Counted from the stretch's first letter, positions 17,399-26,274 are shown. The stretch: DNA of 64,000 nt from Oscillospiraceae bacterium (GCA_017472735.1 JAFUOD010000002.1:68226-132225); one strand, 5' to 3'. The notes: generated by a model not told the origin, from the letters alone. A program made the numbers and translations.

Positions 17399-18208
17399 AT
17401 GAATATTTATGTTCTGGGTTTAGATAAACGCACGGCTTATTGCGCCGCCGTGCTTAAAGAGAGTTTTAAAACAGGTGTTATTCTGTGCGATAACGCCCAG
17501 TGTATATATCAGCCCGATGTTGTGGTGCTTCCTTATGTATCTTTTAAAAAGGGCAGAGGAATTAACACCCTTGACGGGGTAGATATAAAGGATGTTATTG
17601 AAAAAATGCCTGCAGGCTCGAAGCTTTTTGCAGGCATGATATATGACGGCTTTAAAGAGGAATGTGAAGAAAAGGATATTAAGCTTTATGACTTTTTCGA
17701 GGACGAAGACCTGACCCTTAAAAACGCCGACCTTACCGCCGAGGGTGCTCTGGAGCTGATAATCAAAAACACCGATATTGCGTTAGAGGGCATGAATGTT
17801 GCAATAACCGGCTTTGGCAGAGTTGCACGCTCGTGTGCAAGAATTTTAAATGCTGTCGGCGCAAAGATCGCTGTTTTGGCTCGCAAGCCTTATGCCCGAA
17901 TGGAAGCAAAATCGCTCGGTTATAATTCTGCAAACATCAGCGATGAAAAGGCGATCGAAAGTGCCGATGTTATTATTAACACAGTGCCGTCGCTTGTTTT
18001 AACCTCGCAAATGATTAAAAACGCAAAAAACTGCCGATACATTCTCGATTTAGCATCAGCACCATACGGTACAGACTTTGAAGCAGCGGAAAAAGCAGGC
18101 ATAAAAGCCGAGACAGCACCCGGCCTTCCTGCAAGGTGTGCGCCCGAAACCGCAGGCAGAATGATTGCGAAGTACATTACAGATGAGCTTAAAAGGGGAG
18201 GTGAATGA
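17399..18208 (+). CDS. dpaA: Dipicolinate synthase subunit A
   Basis: 269 aa with a Rossmann motif ITGFGRVARSCARIL. It directly precedes the flavoprotein-type subunit B. Confidence 0.8.
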   Translation: MNIYVLGLDKRTAYCAAVLKESFKTGVILCDNAQCIYQPDVVVLPYVSFKKGRGINTLDGVDIKDVIEKMPAGSKLFAGMIYDGFKEECEEKDIKLYDFFEDEDLTLKNADLTAEGALELIIKNTDIALEGMNVAITGFGRVARSCARILNAVGAKIAVLARKPYARMEAKSLGYNSANISDEKAIESADVIINTVPSLVLTSQMIKNAKNCRYILDLASAPYGTDFEAAEKAGIKAETAPGLPARCAPETAGRMIAKYITDELKRGGE

Positions 18209-18209
18209 G

Positions 18210-18782
18210 GTGGACAGAATTCGCTTGGGATTTGCCTTAACAGGTTCGTTTTGCACGTTTGCCAAAGCCTTTGCGGCAATAAAATCTCTTACCGCCGAGG
18301 GCTTTGATGTTTACCCCATTATGTCTTTCAATTCTTATAACCTCTCGACCCGTTTTGGCAGCTGCGAGGATAACCGCAAAAAGCTGAGGGAATTAACAGG
18401 GCGAGAGATAATTGCCTCGATTGAAGACGCCGAACCCATCGGCCCTAAAAAAATGCTTGATGCCTTGGTGGTTGCTCCTTGTTCCTCGAACACTTTGGCA
18501 AAGCTTGCATGGGGTGTTAACGACACACCCGTTACCATGGCGGTTAAAAGCCATGTGAGAAATATCCGCCCTGTGATTATTGCGATCTCAACCAACGACG
18601 CACTTGCGGCGGCATCAAAAAATATTGGGCTTTTGCAAAGCCAAAAGAACTATTTCTTTGTGCCTTATTCGCAGGATGACCACGTTGCAAAGCCATACTC
18701 GGCGGTTGCCGACTTTTCAAAGATCGGTGAAACGGTTCGTTTAGCGCTCAAAGGCGAGCAGATCCAGCCGATGATATGTTAG
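18210..18782 (+). CDS. dpaB: Dipicolinate synthase subunit B
   Basis: IRLGFALTGSFCTF..VAPCSSNTLAKLA flavoprotein motif. GTG start 2 nt after the dpaA stop, with a GGGGAGG RBS. Confidence 0.85.
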   Translation: MDRIRLGFALTGSFCTFAKAFAAIKSLTAEGFDVYPIMSFNSYNLSTRFGSCEDNRKKLRELTGREIIASIEDAEPIGPKKMLDALVVAPCSSNTLAKLAWGVNDTPVTMAVKSHVRNIRPVIIAISTNDALAAASKNIGLLQSQKNYFFVPYSQDDHVAKPYSAVADFSKIGETVRLALKGEQIQPMIC

Positions 18783-18783
18783 T

Positions 18784-18820
18784 AAAAAACCCGAGAAGAT
18801 TTATCCTCTCGGGTAATTTA
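18784..18820. terminator. Bidirectional terminator hairpin
   Basis: CCCGAGA/TCTCGGG stem. The strong T-run is on the minus strand, serving the 18822-19325 gene. Confidence 0.6.
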
Positions 18821-18821
18821 T

Positions 18822-19325
18822 TTATAGCAGTTTTCTTAACAGAAATTTGGGAGCTCGACCGATAACCACAAAGTCGGTCACTTCGCTGACATCATATCCA
18901 TTCTCTTTATATTCTTTCAAAAAATCTTGTTCGCACGAATAGATGATTTCTTTGCCATACCAAGGCTTGGCAGATTGCGGAGTAAGCTCTAAATATACAG
19001 TTTTGCTCTCAGCCTCAAATGTAAGAACAGTATGAGCCTTGTTTTTCTCCTTGTTAAATAACAGCCATATTTTATTGCAAATATTGTGCTCATCAAGAAT
19101 TGATCTCATCACAACAACTGCGTCTATACATGTCCCTATTTTCTCTTTTATAGTGTCATGCGGATCTTGAACGCGGTAAATTGTATTTGATAGCTGATAG
19201 TATTCGCTGTCAAAGCCTATGCTCATGTTAGGTCTATACTTTTTCCCGTTTGCATAAAAGCCGTACTCATAACCGTTGTTGAACAATTCGCTTCTTAACA
19301 GATTGCATATCTTGGCGATCGTCAT
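18822..19325 (-). CDS. Hypothetical protein, possibly transglutaminase-like cysteine peptidase fold
   Basis: 167 aa. GTCIDAVVVMRSIL followed by a downstream AHTVLTFE suggests a Cys-His arrangement. This assignment is weak. Confidence 0.4.
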   Translation of the reverse strand: MTIAKICNLLRSELFNNGYEYGFYANGKKYRPNMSIGFDSEYYQLSNTIYRVQDPHDTIKEKIGTCIDAVVVMRSILDEHNICNKIWLLFNKEKNKAHTVLTFEAESKTVYLELTPQSAKPWYGKEIIYSCEQDFLKEYKENGYDVSEVTDFVVIGRAPKFLLRKLL

Positions 19326-19327
19326 AT

Positions 19328-20008
19328 TTATCTCCTCAAATATGCTTCCAGCCTATAGATCGGCTGACCCATTTCCGAAAATCGCTTTTCATATTCGGTC
19401 ATAATGTTGCCCTTAAAGTCGCTTGCGTGCAAGTCTAAGCTTACATTTTTAAGCGTGAAGCCGTAGCCCGAAAGCTCATTGAGCGAGAATTCGAAAAGCC
19501 CTTTGTTATCAGTCTTTTGGTGGATCTCTGCGCCCTCTTTTAAAAGCTTTTCATAAATTTTAAGGAAACGCGAGTGCGTTAATCTATGTATAGCATAGCT
19601 CTTTTTGGGGAACGGACAGGAGAAGTTGAGATAGATCCTTTCAATCGAGTGTTCGGGAATGAATTTCTCTAAATATTCTGCCTCGCAACGCAAAAGCATG
19701 AGGTTTGGAATATTCAAAGCAATAGCTTTTTCGGCAGCATCAACAATAACGTTCGAGGTCTTTTCGACTGCCAACACATTTATATCGGGGTATCGGGTCG
19801 CCAGATCGCAGGCAAACTGCCCCTTGCCGCAGCCGATTTCGAGATGAACGGGGTTATTGTTACCAAACATTTTTTCAAAATCAAAAAGTTCTTTAACCTT
19901 TACTGCTTCCTCGAAGTTCCTGTCCTCGCACCAAATTATTTTAAGCTTGCCCGTTTCCTCGCAAGCGGCAAGGCGCTCTTCAAGGTGGGTCTTTCTTCTC
20001 ATTCTCAT
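19328..20008 (-). CDS. trmB: tRNA (guanine46-N7)-methyltransferase
   Basis: LEIGCGKGQF..LAVE..YLNFSCPFPKK..HRLT motifs. Confidence 0.85.
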   Translation of the reverse strand: MRMRRKTHLEERLAACEETGKLKIIWCEDRNFEEAVKVKELFDFEKMFGNNNPVHLEIGCGKGQFACDLATRYPDINVLAVEKTSNVIVDAAEKAIALNIPNLMLLRCEAEYLEKFIPEHSIERIYLNFSCPFPKKSYAIHRLTHSRFLKIYEKLLKEGAEIHQKTDNKGLFEFSLNELSGYGFTLKNVSLDLHASDFKGNIMTEYEKRFSEMGQPIYRLEAYLRR

Positions 20009-20143
20009 AGACTTTCCTCCAAATCTCTTGTTGGCATTTGTTTAGGTTACATTTTTGTCAATGCCTAAAATGTAATTTTGAGAGAGCATATAATTCTCAA
20101 AAGAAACAAATGCGGGCGTGAAATAAGCAAAACGAACCTATTT

Positions 20144-21394
20144 TCAGTCTGCGAATTCCACGCGTGTGCCTCCATAGGACCTGATATTCAAAACATAACA
20201 GCTTCCCACGCCGAAAACAGCTTCGATTCCCGTCTTAAAGTCTGCAAGCTTATCGTTCGGCACAAACGCCTGAATAGTTCCTGCAAAGCCGCCGCCGTGA
20301 ACACGGCAAGCACCCTCGCCCTGCAAGAGGTTTTCGGCAATATAAAGCGCCAGCGAAACGCCTTGCTTGTCGGGCGCCACATTTGCATAAACATTCTGCA
20401 AATATTTATACGAGCTTGTGCCCGAGCGCTTGATAACATCTAAAAATGCGGCAAAATCGCCAGATTTAAGAGCCTTACTCATTTCATCAACTCTGTCGTT
20501 CTCGTCGAAAAAGTGAAGCGAGCGCAAAACTGCTCTGTCGCCAAACTTTTCACGCAGGGTAACAGCATTTGAAATTATATCGTTTTTATCAAGCTCACGC
20601 AAAACACTCGTGCCAAAGTGCGAAGCTACCGCCTTCATCTCGACAGGGATAGCGGCATATTCGGGTGTGAGGTCGGCATGGTTGCCCTTGGTGTCAATAA
20701 TGCAAAGACTGTGCCCGTTCTTTGCAAGGTCAAAGTTCATTGATTCGATAACAGGGTTTTCGGTGTCTGCAAAGTCGATAGAGATAAATCCGCCGACACT
20801 TGATGCCATCTGGTCCATAAGCCCCGAGGGCTTGCCGAAGTATACATTCTCGGCATACTGCGAAATTTGTGCAACTGCAACATCGCTTACCTTGCCGTCG
20901 TTGTAAAGGTGGTTGAGGATCGTGACGATAAGAACCTCGAACGCTGCCGAGGAGGAAAGCCCCGAGCCCTTTAAAACATCACTCATTGTATATGCCTTAA
21001 AGCCGCCGTAAGCGTAACCACGGTTTTTAAGGCCTGCACAAACGCCTCTTATAAGAGAAGCCGAGGTATTTTTTTCGTTTTCTTTAATTTCAAGGTCGCT
21101 TGAATCAATTTCATCAATAGGGTAGCTCTGAGACTTAACTGTGATAATACCGTTGTTAGTGGGTACTACTGCCGCAATTACATCAAGGTCAACAGCTGCT
21201 GCCAAAACCTTGCCGTGGTTATGGTCGGTGTGGTTGCCCACGACCTCGGTTCTGCCCGATGCCGAGAAGAAGTAAACAGGCTTTTCGCCAAAAAGCGCCT
21301 CAAACTCTTTGGAAAGCTCATAATATCTCTTTTTCATGGTGCCTGCCTTGTTGCCGTAAAGCGCTTCTAATGTTACAGTTCCGATTTTGCTCAT
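20144..21394 (-). CDS. GHMP-family sugar kinase of the galactokinase family (substrate uncertain)
   Basis: GRTEVVGNHTDHNHGKVL and GSGLSSSAAFEV motifs. The signature deviates from the canonical GRxNLIGEHxDY. Confidence 0.75.
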   Translation of the reverse strand: MSKIGTVTLEALYGNKAGTMKKRYYELSKEFEALFGEKPVYFFSASGRTEVVGNHTDHNHGKVLAAAVDLDVIAAVVPTNNGIITVKSQSYPIDEIDSSDLEIKENEKNTSASLIRGVCAGLKNRGYAYGGFKAYTMSDVLKGSGLSSSAAFEVLIVTILNHLYNDGKVSDVAVAQISQYAENVYFGKPSGLMDQMASSVGGFISIDFADTENPVIESMNFDLAKNGHSLCIIDTKGNHADLTPEYAAIPVEMKAVASHFGTSVLRELDKNDIISNAVTLREKFGDRAVLRSLHFFDENDRVDEMSKALKSGDFAAFLDVIKRSGTSSYKYLQNVYANVAPDKQGVSLALYIAENLLQGEGACRVHGGGFAGTIQAFVPNDKLADFKTGIEAVFGVGSCYVLNIRSYGGTRVEFAD

Positions 21395-21417
21395 AAAAAT
21401 ATCCGTCCTAACTGTTG

Positions 21418-22578
21418 TTATTTTTTGTTTTTAAATAAAGTTTTAAATCTTTCTGAATGGAAGTAGACCGACAGCACAAAGCCGATTGAAACGGTTGCCG
21501 TCAGCATTGCCGACCCTCCCGCCGAAATAAAAGGCAGAGGTATGCCGATAACAGGGGTAATGCCCATTACCATGCCAATGTTTAAAACGCAATGTGCAAA
21601 CAAATATGCGAAAACGCCAACGCAAATGTATTTGCCTAAATCGTCAGCTCTTAAGCCGTTATAGAGGATTCGTAAAAGCAGAAGCCCTAAAATAATAAGC
21701 ACTGCCAAGCAACCGATAAAGCCTAAAGTTTGCCCGATGTATGAGAAAATAAAGTCGTTGTGGCACACGGGAACATAGCTGTAATCTCCGCCGAAAAGTC
21801 CCTTGCCCTCGATCTGTCCCGAGCCGAGTGCTATTTTTGATAAGTTCGTTTGGTAAAGCAGGTCATCTGTCGCGTACTTTTCGGGGTTGATGATAGACAA
21901 TATCCTGTTTTTGTGAACAGGCTGCAGGTAATAGCTCCAGACAAAATATATACCTATCGGGGCGATTATTGCCGCACCCAAAATATATTTCCACGAGATT
22001 CCCGCAACAAATAAAACAGCCAAAAAGATAACAATAAATACAGCCGCCGTGCCGTCGTCGCCCTGAAGCATAACCAAAAGTATCGGCACGCCTGCGTGAA
22101 CGCACAGCGCCATGATGTTAAGCGGATTGTTGAAATAATCTTTAGATTTATAACAGTGGTAAGCAAACGAAAGGATAAATGCCAGCTTTAAAAACTCGGC
22201 AGGCTGAACTGTCATAAACCCAAGGTCTATCCATGCTTTGTCGTCGGCACCGTCTAACCCCGAAGTGCCAAGGCTTGTAAAAGTTAAAAGCGTAAACCCA
22301 AGCATTGCAGGTAAATATATAAACCACAGTTTGGTAAATTTGTGATAATCTAAAAGTGCAATAAACAGCGATATGCCAATGCCTAGCCCTGCCGCAACTA
22401 TCTGTGTTTTATAGGTCGAGGGCGAAAGCGTGGCGTTTGTTATTGTTTGGGTTTCACTGTTTATAACAAGCGAGTAAAGAATGAGCGCACTGAAGCCGCA
22501 TGCCAAAACAGTAAGCAAAATAGTGATAACGTCGAGCCGCCGCAGATATTGCCAAATATATTTAAAAATCTTTTTGAT
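21418..22578 (-). CDS. FtsW/RodA/SpoVE-family peptidoglycan glycosyltransferase (start codon uncertain)
   Basis: 10-TM SEDS-like protein ending GGSAMLTATVSIGFVLSV. The frame is open upstream of the track TTG (22518) to a stop at 22585-22587, with no ATG/GTG/TTG between them. Confidence 0.75.
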   Translation of the reverse strand: MKKIFKYIWQYLRRLDVITILLTVLACGFSALILYSLVINSETQTITNATLSPSTYKTQIVAAGLGIGISLFIALLDYHKFTKLWFIYLPAMLGFTLLTFTSLGTSGLDGADDKAWIDLGFMTVQPAEFLKLAFILSFAYHCYKSKDYFNNPLNIMALCVHAGVPILLVMLQGDDGTAAVFIVIFLAVLFVAGISWKYILGAAIIAPIGIYFVWSYYLQPVHKNRILSIINPEKYATDDLLYQTNLSKIALGSGQIEGKGLFGGDYSYVPVCHNDFIFSYIGQTLGFIGCLAVLIILGLLLLRILYNGLRADDLGKYICVGVFAYLFAHCVLNIGMVMGITPVIGIPLPFISAGGSAMLTATVSIGFVLSVYFHSERFKTLFKNKK

Positions 22579-22677
22579 CCTTGTTCACCGCCCTTTCTCG
22601 TTTTTTAGTGCATGAACAATTGTAGCACAAAGATGTGCTGTTTTCAATAATAATTAATAAATACCATTTAAAAATGC

Positions 22678-22705
22678 TTGCAATTTCGAAAATATGTGAT
22701 AAAAT
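22678..22705 (+). promoter_or_regulatory. Promoter candidate for the ferredoxin gene
   Basis: TTGCAA (22678-22683), 16-nt spacer, TAAAAT (22700-22705) with an upstream TGTG extended -10. Confidence 0.5.
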
Positions 22706-22750
22706 GTAGTTAGAGCTTTTACTCTAATTCTTTACAAGGAGGACTGAACA

Positions 22751-22921
22751 ATGGCTTTTAAGATTACTGACGAATGCATCAACTGTGGTGCTTGCGCTGC
22801 AGAGTGCCCTGTAAATGCTATTACCGAAGGCGCTGACAAGTATGAAATCGACGCTGATACCTGCATCGATTGCGGTAACTGCGCTGCTGTATGCCCTGTA
22901 GGCGCTCCTGTAGAGGACTAA
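22751..22921 (+). CDS. 2x[4Fe-4S] clostridial-type ferredoxin (56 aa)
   Basis: Below the ORF-track cut-off. My translation is MAFKITDECINCGACAAECPVNAITEGADKYEIDADTCIDCGNCAAVCPVGAPVED. AAGGAGG RBS. Confidence 0.9.
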   Translation: MAFKITDECINCGACAAECPVNAITEGADKYEIDADTCIDCGNCAAVCPVGAPVED

Positions 22922-22942
22922 TTGAATCTACATGAACCAAAA

Positions 22943-22967
22943 GCTCTCGCTTTGCGGGGGCTTTTTT
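22943..22967 (+). terminator. Rho-independent terminator of the ferredoxin gene
   Basis: GCTCTCGC/GCGGGGGC stem (with G-U pairs) followed by TTTTTT. Confidence 0.7.
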
Positions 22968-22984
22968 CATTTGTGCATTTTTAA

Positions 22985-23096
22985 GCTGTGGTGCGGGGCA
23001 CCGCCGCCGGCTCCTTCGGAGCCGGCTTTTTGCAAACGCCGCAGACGTTTGCAATCTCCGCCCGCGAAAGCGGGCGGAGTGGGCGGTGCCTGCAGC
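22985..23096. repeat. GC-rich nested-hairpin intergenic element, copy C (closed multi-helix junction)
   Basis: Closing stem GGCACCGCC (22997-23005)/GGCGGTGCC (23082-23090) encloses hairpins 23007-23025 (cUUCGg loop), 23030-23054 (9-bp stem) and 23056-23079 (10-bp stem, GAAA loop). Confidence 0.85.
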
Positions 23097-23230
23097 AAAC
23101 CATATCTCACAGATATTTCACTAAAAAATAAGCTAATTTTTACTTATGCCTATTGTAATTTGCACACGGTTTATGTTAATATATCAGTGTGTACTTTGAA
23201 GAAGCATTTTTTGTCGAAGGAGGGAGCTTG

Positions 23231-24037
23231 TTGGCAAAATACACATTCCAAAGATTTGAAAAGAAGTTCCTTCTCACGGTCGAGCAAATGGACAGGCTGA
23301 TCCCAAAGTTTATCGAGCATGGCATGGAATATGATAAATATTGCGTAGGCGGCAACATCTATACGATTTATAACATTTATTTCGATGATGTTACCTCGTC
23401 GGTAATCAGACGCTCGATTCGCAAGCCCAAGTTTAAAGAAAAATTCAGAATGCGAAGCTATGTTGTGCCGGTAACAGGTGAGGAAAAAGTCTTTTTAGAG
23501 ATTAAGCGCAAGGTTAAAAAAATCGTTCTAAAACGCAGAGCTGTTCTTACATATAACGAGGCGCTTGCTTATTTGAAGGACGGCACTCGCCCCGAAACAG
23601 ATGATTATAACAAAATTAGAATGTTTAACGAGTTAGACAACTACCTTTGCCGAAACAAGGTTAAACCTGCGATTTATTTAAGCTATGAGCGTATAGCGTT
23701 TTTTGATAAGGTCGATAAGAATTTCAGAATAACCTTCGACAGGAATATTACCACCCGCAGGCACGATTTAGACCTTGCAAAGGGTTCATACGGCGAGCAG
23801 CTGCTTCACGAAAATGAGCGCTTGATGGAGGTTAAAATAACTCACACCTTGCCCAAGTGGTTAAGCGATATTTTAACAGAAGAAAAAATATTCATGTCCG
23901 GCTTCTCTAAATACGGTAACGAATACCGCCGGATGAAGGGCTACGAGTTTACTCATTTGTGCGACAGACACCCCTTACCCGTGAAATATGAAAAAACAGA
24001 AAAACAAGAGCAAAAGGATGGTTTGAAAATATTATGA
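23231..24037 (+). CDS. VTC-domain (polyphosphate polymerase / triphosphate-tunnel) protein
   Basis: KYTFQRFEKKFLL..IYNIYFDD..FRMRSY..FLEIKRKV..RITFDRNI is the bacterial VTC-domain pattern. Start uncertain (TTG 23228/23231 after AAGGAGGG; track ORF begins at 23189). Confidence 0.75.
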   Translation: MAKYTFQRFEKKFLLTVEQMDRLIPKFIEHGMEYDKYCVGGNIYTIYNIYFDDVTSSVIRRSIRKPKFKEKFRMRSYVVPVTGEEKVFLEIKRKVKKIVLKRRAVLTYNEALAYLKDGTRPETDDYNKIRMFNELDNYLCRNKVKPAIYLSYERIAFFDKVDKNFRITFDRNITTRRHDLDLAKGSYGEQLLHENERLMEVKITHTLPKWLSDILTEEKIFMSGFSKYGNEYRRMKGYEFTHLCDRHPLPVKYEKTEKQEQKDGLKIL

Positions 24038-24723
24038 TGGAGTTTCTTTTCCCAGCAATAGGTGACGTTGATTTGACAGCTACAGGCACAATAGTTTCAA
24101 TGAGTCTGTCGCTTGTTTTAGGCATTATTATAAGCGTAGTTTACGTTATTACAAACAAAAAACGAGGATATATTTCAAGCTTTCCCGCTGCAATCGTTAT
24201 TTTGGCACCGCTTATGGCAGGCGTAACACTGGTTATTAACTCGAATGTGGCAACTGCGGTTTCTTTGGGCGGTGCATTAACCCTCTTAAGAATAAGAAGC
24301 TACCCCAAGGACACCAAGGATATTGTAAGCCTTTTGTTTGCAATTGTTATAGGTCTTGGCTGCGGCACCGGCTATTTTGGAATTTCGATAATTATTACCA
24401 TAATTGTCTGTGCAATAATGGTTATTCTTAACACAACCAGATTCGGCGTTCCCAAGCCCACAAACATGCTTTTAAAAATCACCATTCCCGAGGATTTGAA
24501 CTTTGAAGGTGTGTTCGATGAGGTTTTGGAAAAGTACACTGATGACTATGCGTTAAAAGAAATCCGCACGACAGATTTCGGCTCACTTTACGAGTTAAGA
24601 TACATAATCAACCTTCCCGTTGAATCTGACAGACGCGAGTTTGTTGATGAGATAAGATGCCGCAACGGTAACCTTGATGTAATTCTCACTCTTCGTGAAT
24701 TCGATACAAATTTATATAAATAA
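24034..24723 (+). CDS. DUF4956-domain membrane protein
   Basis: Four N-terminal TM helices plus a soluble C-terminal domain. ATGA overlap with the VTC gene, the usual VTC partner arrangement. Confidence 0.65.
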   Translation: MMEFLFPAIGDVDLTATGTIVSMSLSLVLGIIISVVYVITNKKRGYISSFPAAIVILAPLMAGVTLVINSNVATAVSLGGALTLLRIRSYPKDTKDIVSLLFAIVIGLGCGTGYFGISIIITIIVCAIMVILNTTRFGVPKPTNMLLKITIPEDLNFEGVFDEVLEKYTDDYALKEIRTTDFGSLYELRYIINLPVESDRREFVDEIRCRNGNLDVILTLREFDTNLYK

Positions 24724-24730
24724 AAAATAA

Positions 24731-24754
24731 AGAGGCTGTTAAGCCTCTTTTTTG
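24731..24754 (+). terminator. Rho-independent terminator
   Basis: AGAGGCT/AGCCTCT stem followed by TTTTTT. Confidence 0.75.
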
Positions 24755-24790
24755 TTATATCTTATATCTCAAGTTGCTGATTTGCTATAT

Positions 24791-24833
24791 CCCTCCGCCG
24801 TCTTCGACGGCACCTCCCTTTATAAAAGGGAGG
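24791..24833. repeat. GC-rich hairpin-mosaic element, short copy D
   Basis: GCCGTC-TTC-GACGGCAC (24797-24813, also in copy B) followed by CCTCCCTT-TATA-AAGGGAGG (compare copy A, 7941-7959). Confidence 0.7.
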
Positions 24834-24887
24834 CTATGCTTTAAAAATGCTTGATAATACAAGGGAAACCGTTTGGGTTTTCACTTA

Positions 24888-25589
24888 TTACTCGTGAATT
24901 CTGTAAGTATCAACAATAACGCCATATCCGACAGGGGTTACAATTGCTCTTAAGTTATAATTCTGCCAGTCCGAAAGCACAGCGCTGTCGGTAATAATGG
25001 TGGGCGTGCATTTGTCAAGCTCGTTACCGTTGTTTTCAATAAATATGCTGCAGCTCTGTCCTGCATAGTCCTTGCCCTTAAGCAAATATCTTGCCGAGAA
25101 AGCAGGGCTGCCAGCCACGCCGAACTTCTGGGTGTCATAACCCGTACCCACAATTTCGCCTTTAAAGTATGCTCCGTCCGTGCTTCCTGTAAACGGTATC
25201 ATGTTAATTGTTCCTTTTGATGAGCTTACACCTGCCGCAGCCGAGGTCTTTATGTCGATAGACATTAAGAACTCTAAGTAAACAACCTTTTCTCCTTCGT
25301 TAAGGGTGAGGGTCTCGCCGTGTTCTTTTGCCTTGCCGAGGGTTGCAAAGGGCGCCTCTTTCGAGCCGTTGCCTGTTTCATCATTTCCTGTTTTGGGCGA
25401 GAAGAATACATTTTTTAAAACTGTATCTTCGCTGTTCGAGGGAGTATCAGCCTCCTCGTTTTTCTCGGAAGCATTGGGAGTGCCGGGGTTAAGCGCTTCA
25501 GCGCCTTTTTCGGATGGGATAAACCAGCCTGCAGCAAACGAAGCCGCCATCAGCACGATTACACAAATAATAATAAGAACTTTTTTCAT
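24888..25589 (-). CDS. Membrane-anchored protein with a DUF3237-like beta-barrel C-terminal domain
   Basis: N-terminal TM/signal anchor. INMIPFTGSTDGAYFKGEIVGTGYDTQ..ARYLLKGKDYAGQSCSIFIENNG resembles DUF3237. Confidence 0.45.
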   Translation of the reverse strand: MKKVLIIICVIVLMAASFAAGWFIPSEKGAEALNPGTPNASEKNEEADTPSNSEDTVLKNVFFSPKTGNDETGNGSKEAPFATLGKAKEHGETLTLNEGEKVVYLEFLMSIDIKTSAAAGVSSSKGTINMIPFTGSTDGAYFKGEIVGTGYDTQKFGVAGSPAFSARYLLKGKDYAGQSCSIFIENNGNELDKCTPTIITDSAVLSDWQNYNLRAIVTPVGYGVIVDTYRIHE

Positions 25590-25751
25590 GTTAGTGTCTC
25601 CTTTTAGAAAATATCAATTTACAGTATAGCATAATGAAAGCTTAATTGAAATGAGCGATTATCACAAAAGATTTTTAAAATAATATAGAATTTAGCTAAT
25701 TTTTTCTTTTCGAGTGTCCCTTTTTGAGGTAAAATAAAGATATATAGACAA

Positions 25752-26270
25752 ATGATCATTTACAAGGCGGTGAAGCAGTTGACGCGCGAACAATCACAAA
25801 AAATTGAACAGCTTTACATAGCCATGTTTTCAAGGCTTTACTCGGTTGCCTTTGCAGTGTTAAAAGACAAAAGCTTTGCCGAAGAAGCCGTGCAGGATAC
25901 TTTTAGAATTGCCTGTGCTAAACCGAATTCGGTTTTAACAAGCCCTAATCCCGAAGGTTGGCTGATGAACACGTTAAAGCACATCCTTTTGAAGATCCGA
26001 TCTCAGCGTGCTCAGGACTCAGCACATATTCTGCCTCTGTTAAAAGAGCACGAAGATCTGCAATGCAACGGTATCGAACGGCAAGCAGATATTTTGGACC
26101 TTTTAAAAGAGGATGACAGACGTGTGCTTGTTTTAACCGTGTTAGAGGGTAAAACGATGCTTGAAGCCTCGCACGAATTGGGTATTGGGCTTGAAGCCTG
26201 CAAAAAGCGTGCTCAGCGCGCAAGAAAAAGATTAAAAACAGCACTTATTAAACTTGATGAAAAGGAGTGA
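25752..26270 (+). CDS. ECF-type RNA polymerase sigma-70 family factor
   Basis: Region 2 (AEEAVQDTFRIA) and a region 4 HTH (LVLTVLEGKTMLEASHELGIGLEACKKRAQRARKRL). Confidence 0.8.
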   Translation: MIIYKAVKQLTREQSQKIEQLYIAMFSRLYSVAFAVLKDKSFAEEAVQDTFRIACAKPNSVLTSPNPEGWLMNTLKHILLKIRSQRAQDSAHILPLLKEHEDLQCNGIERQADILDLLKEDDRRVLVLTVLEGKTMLEASHELGIGLEACKKRAQRARKRLKTALIKLDEKE

Positions 26271-26274
26271 TACC

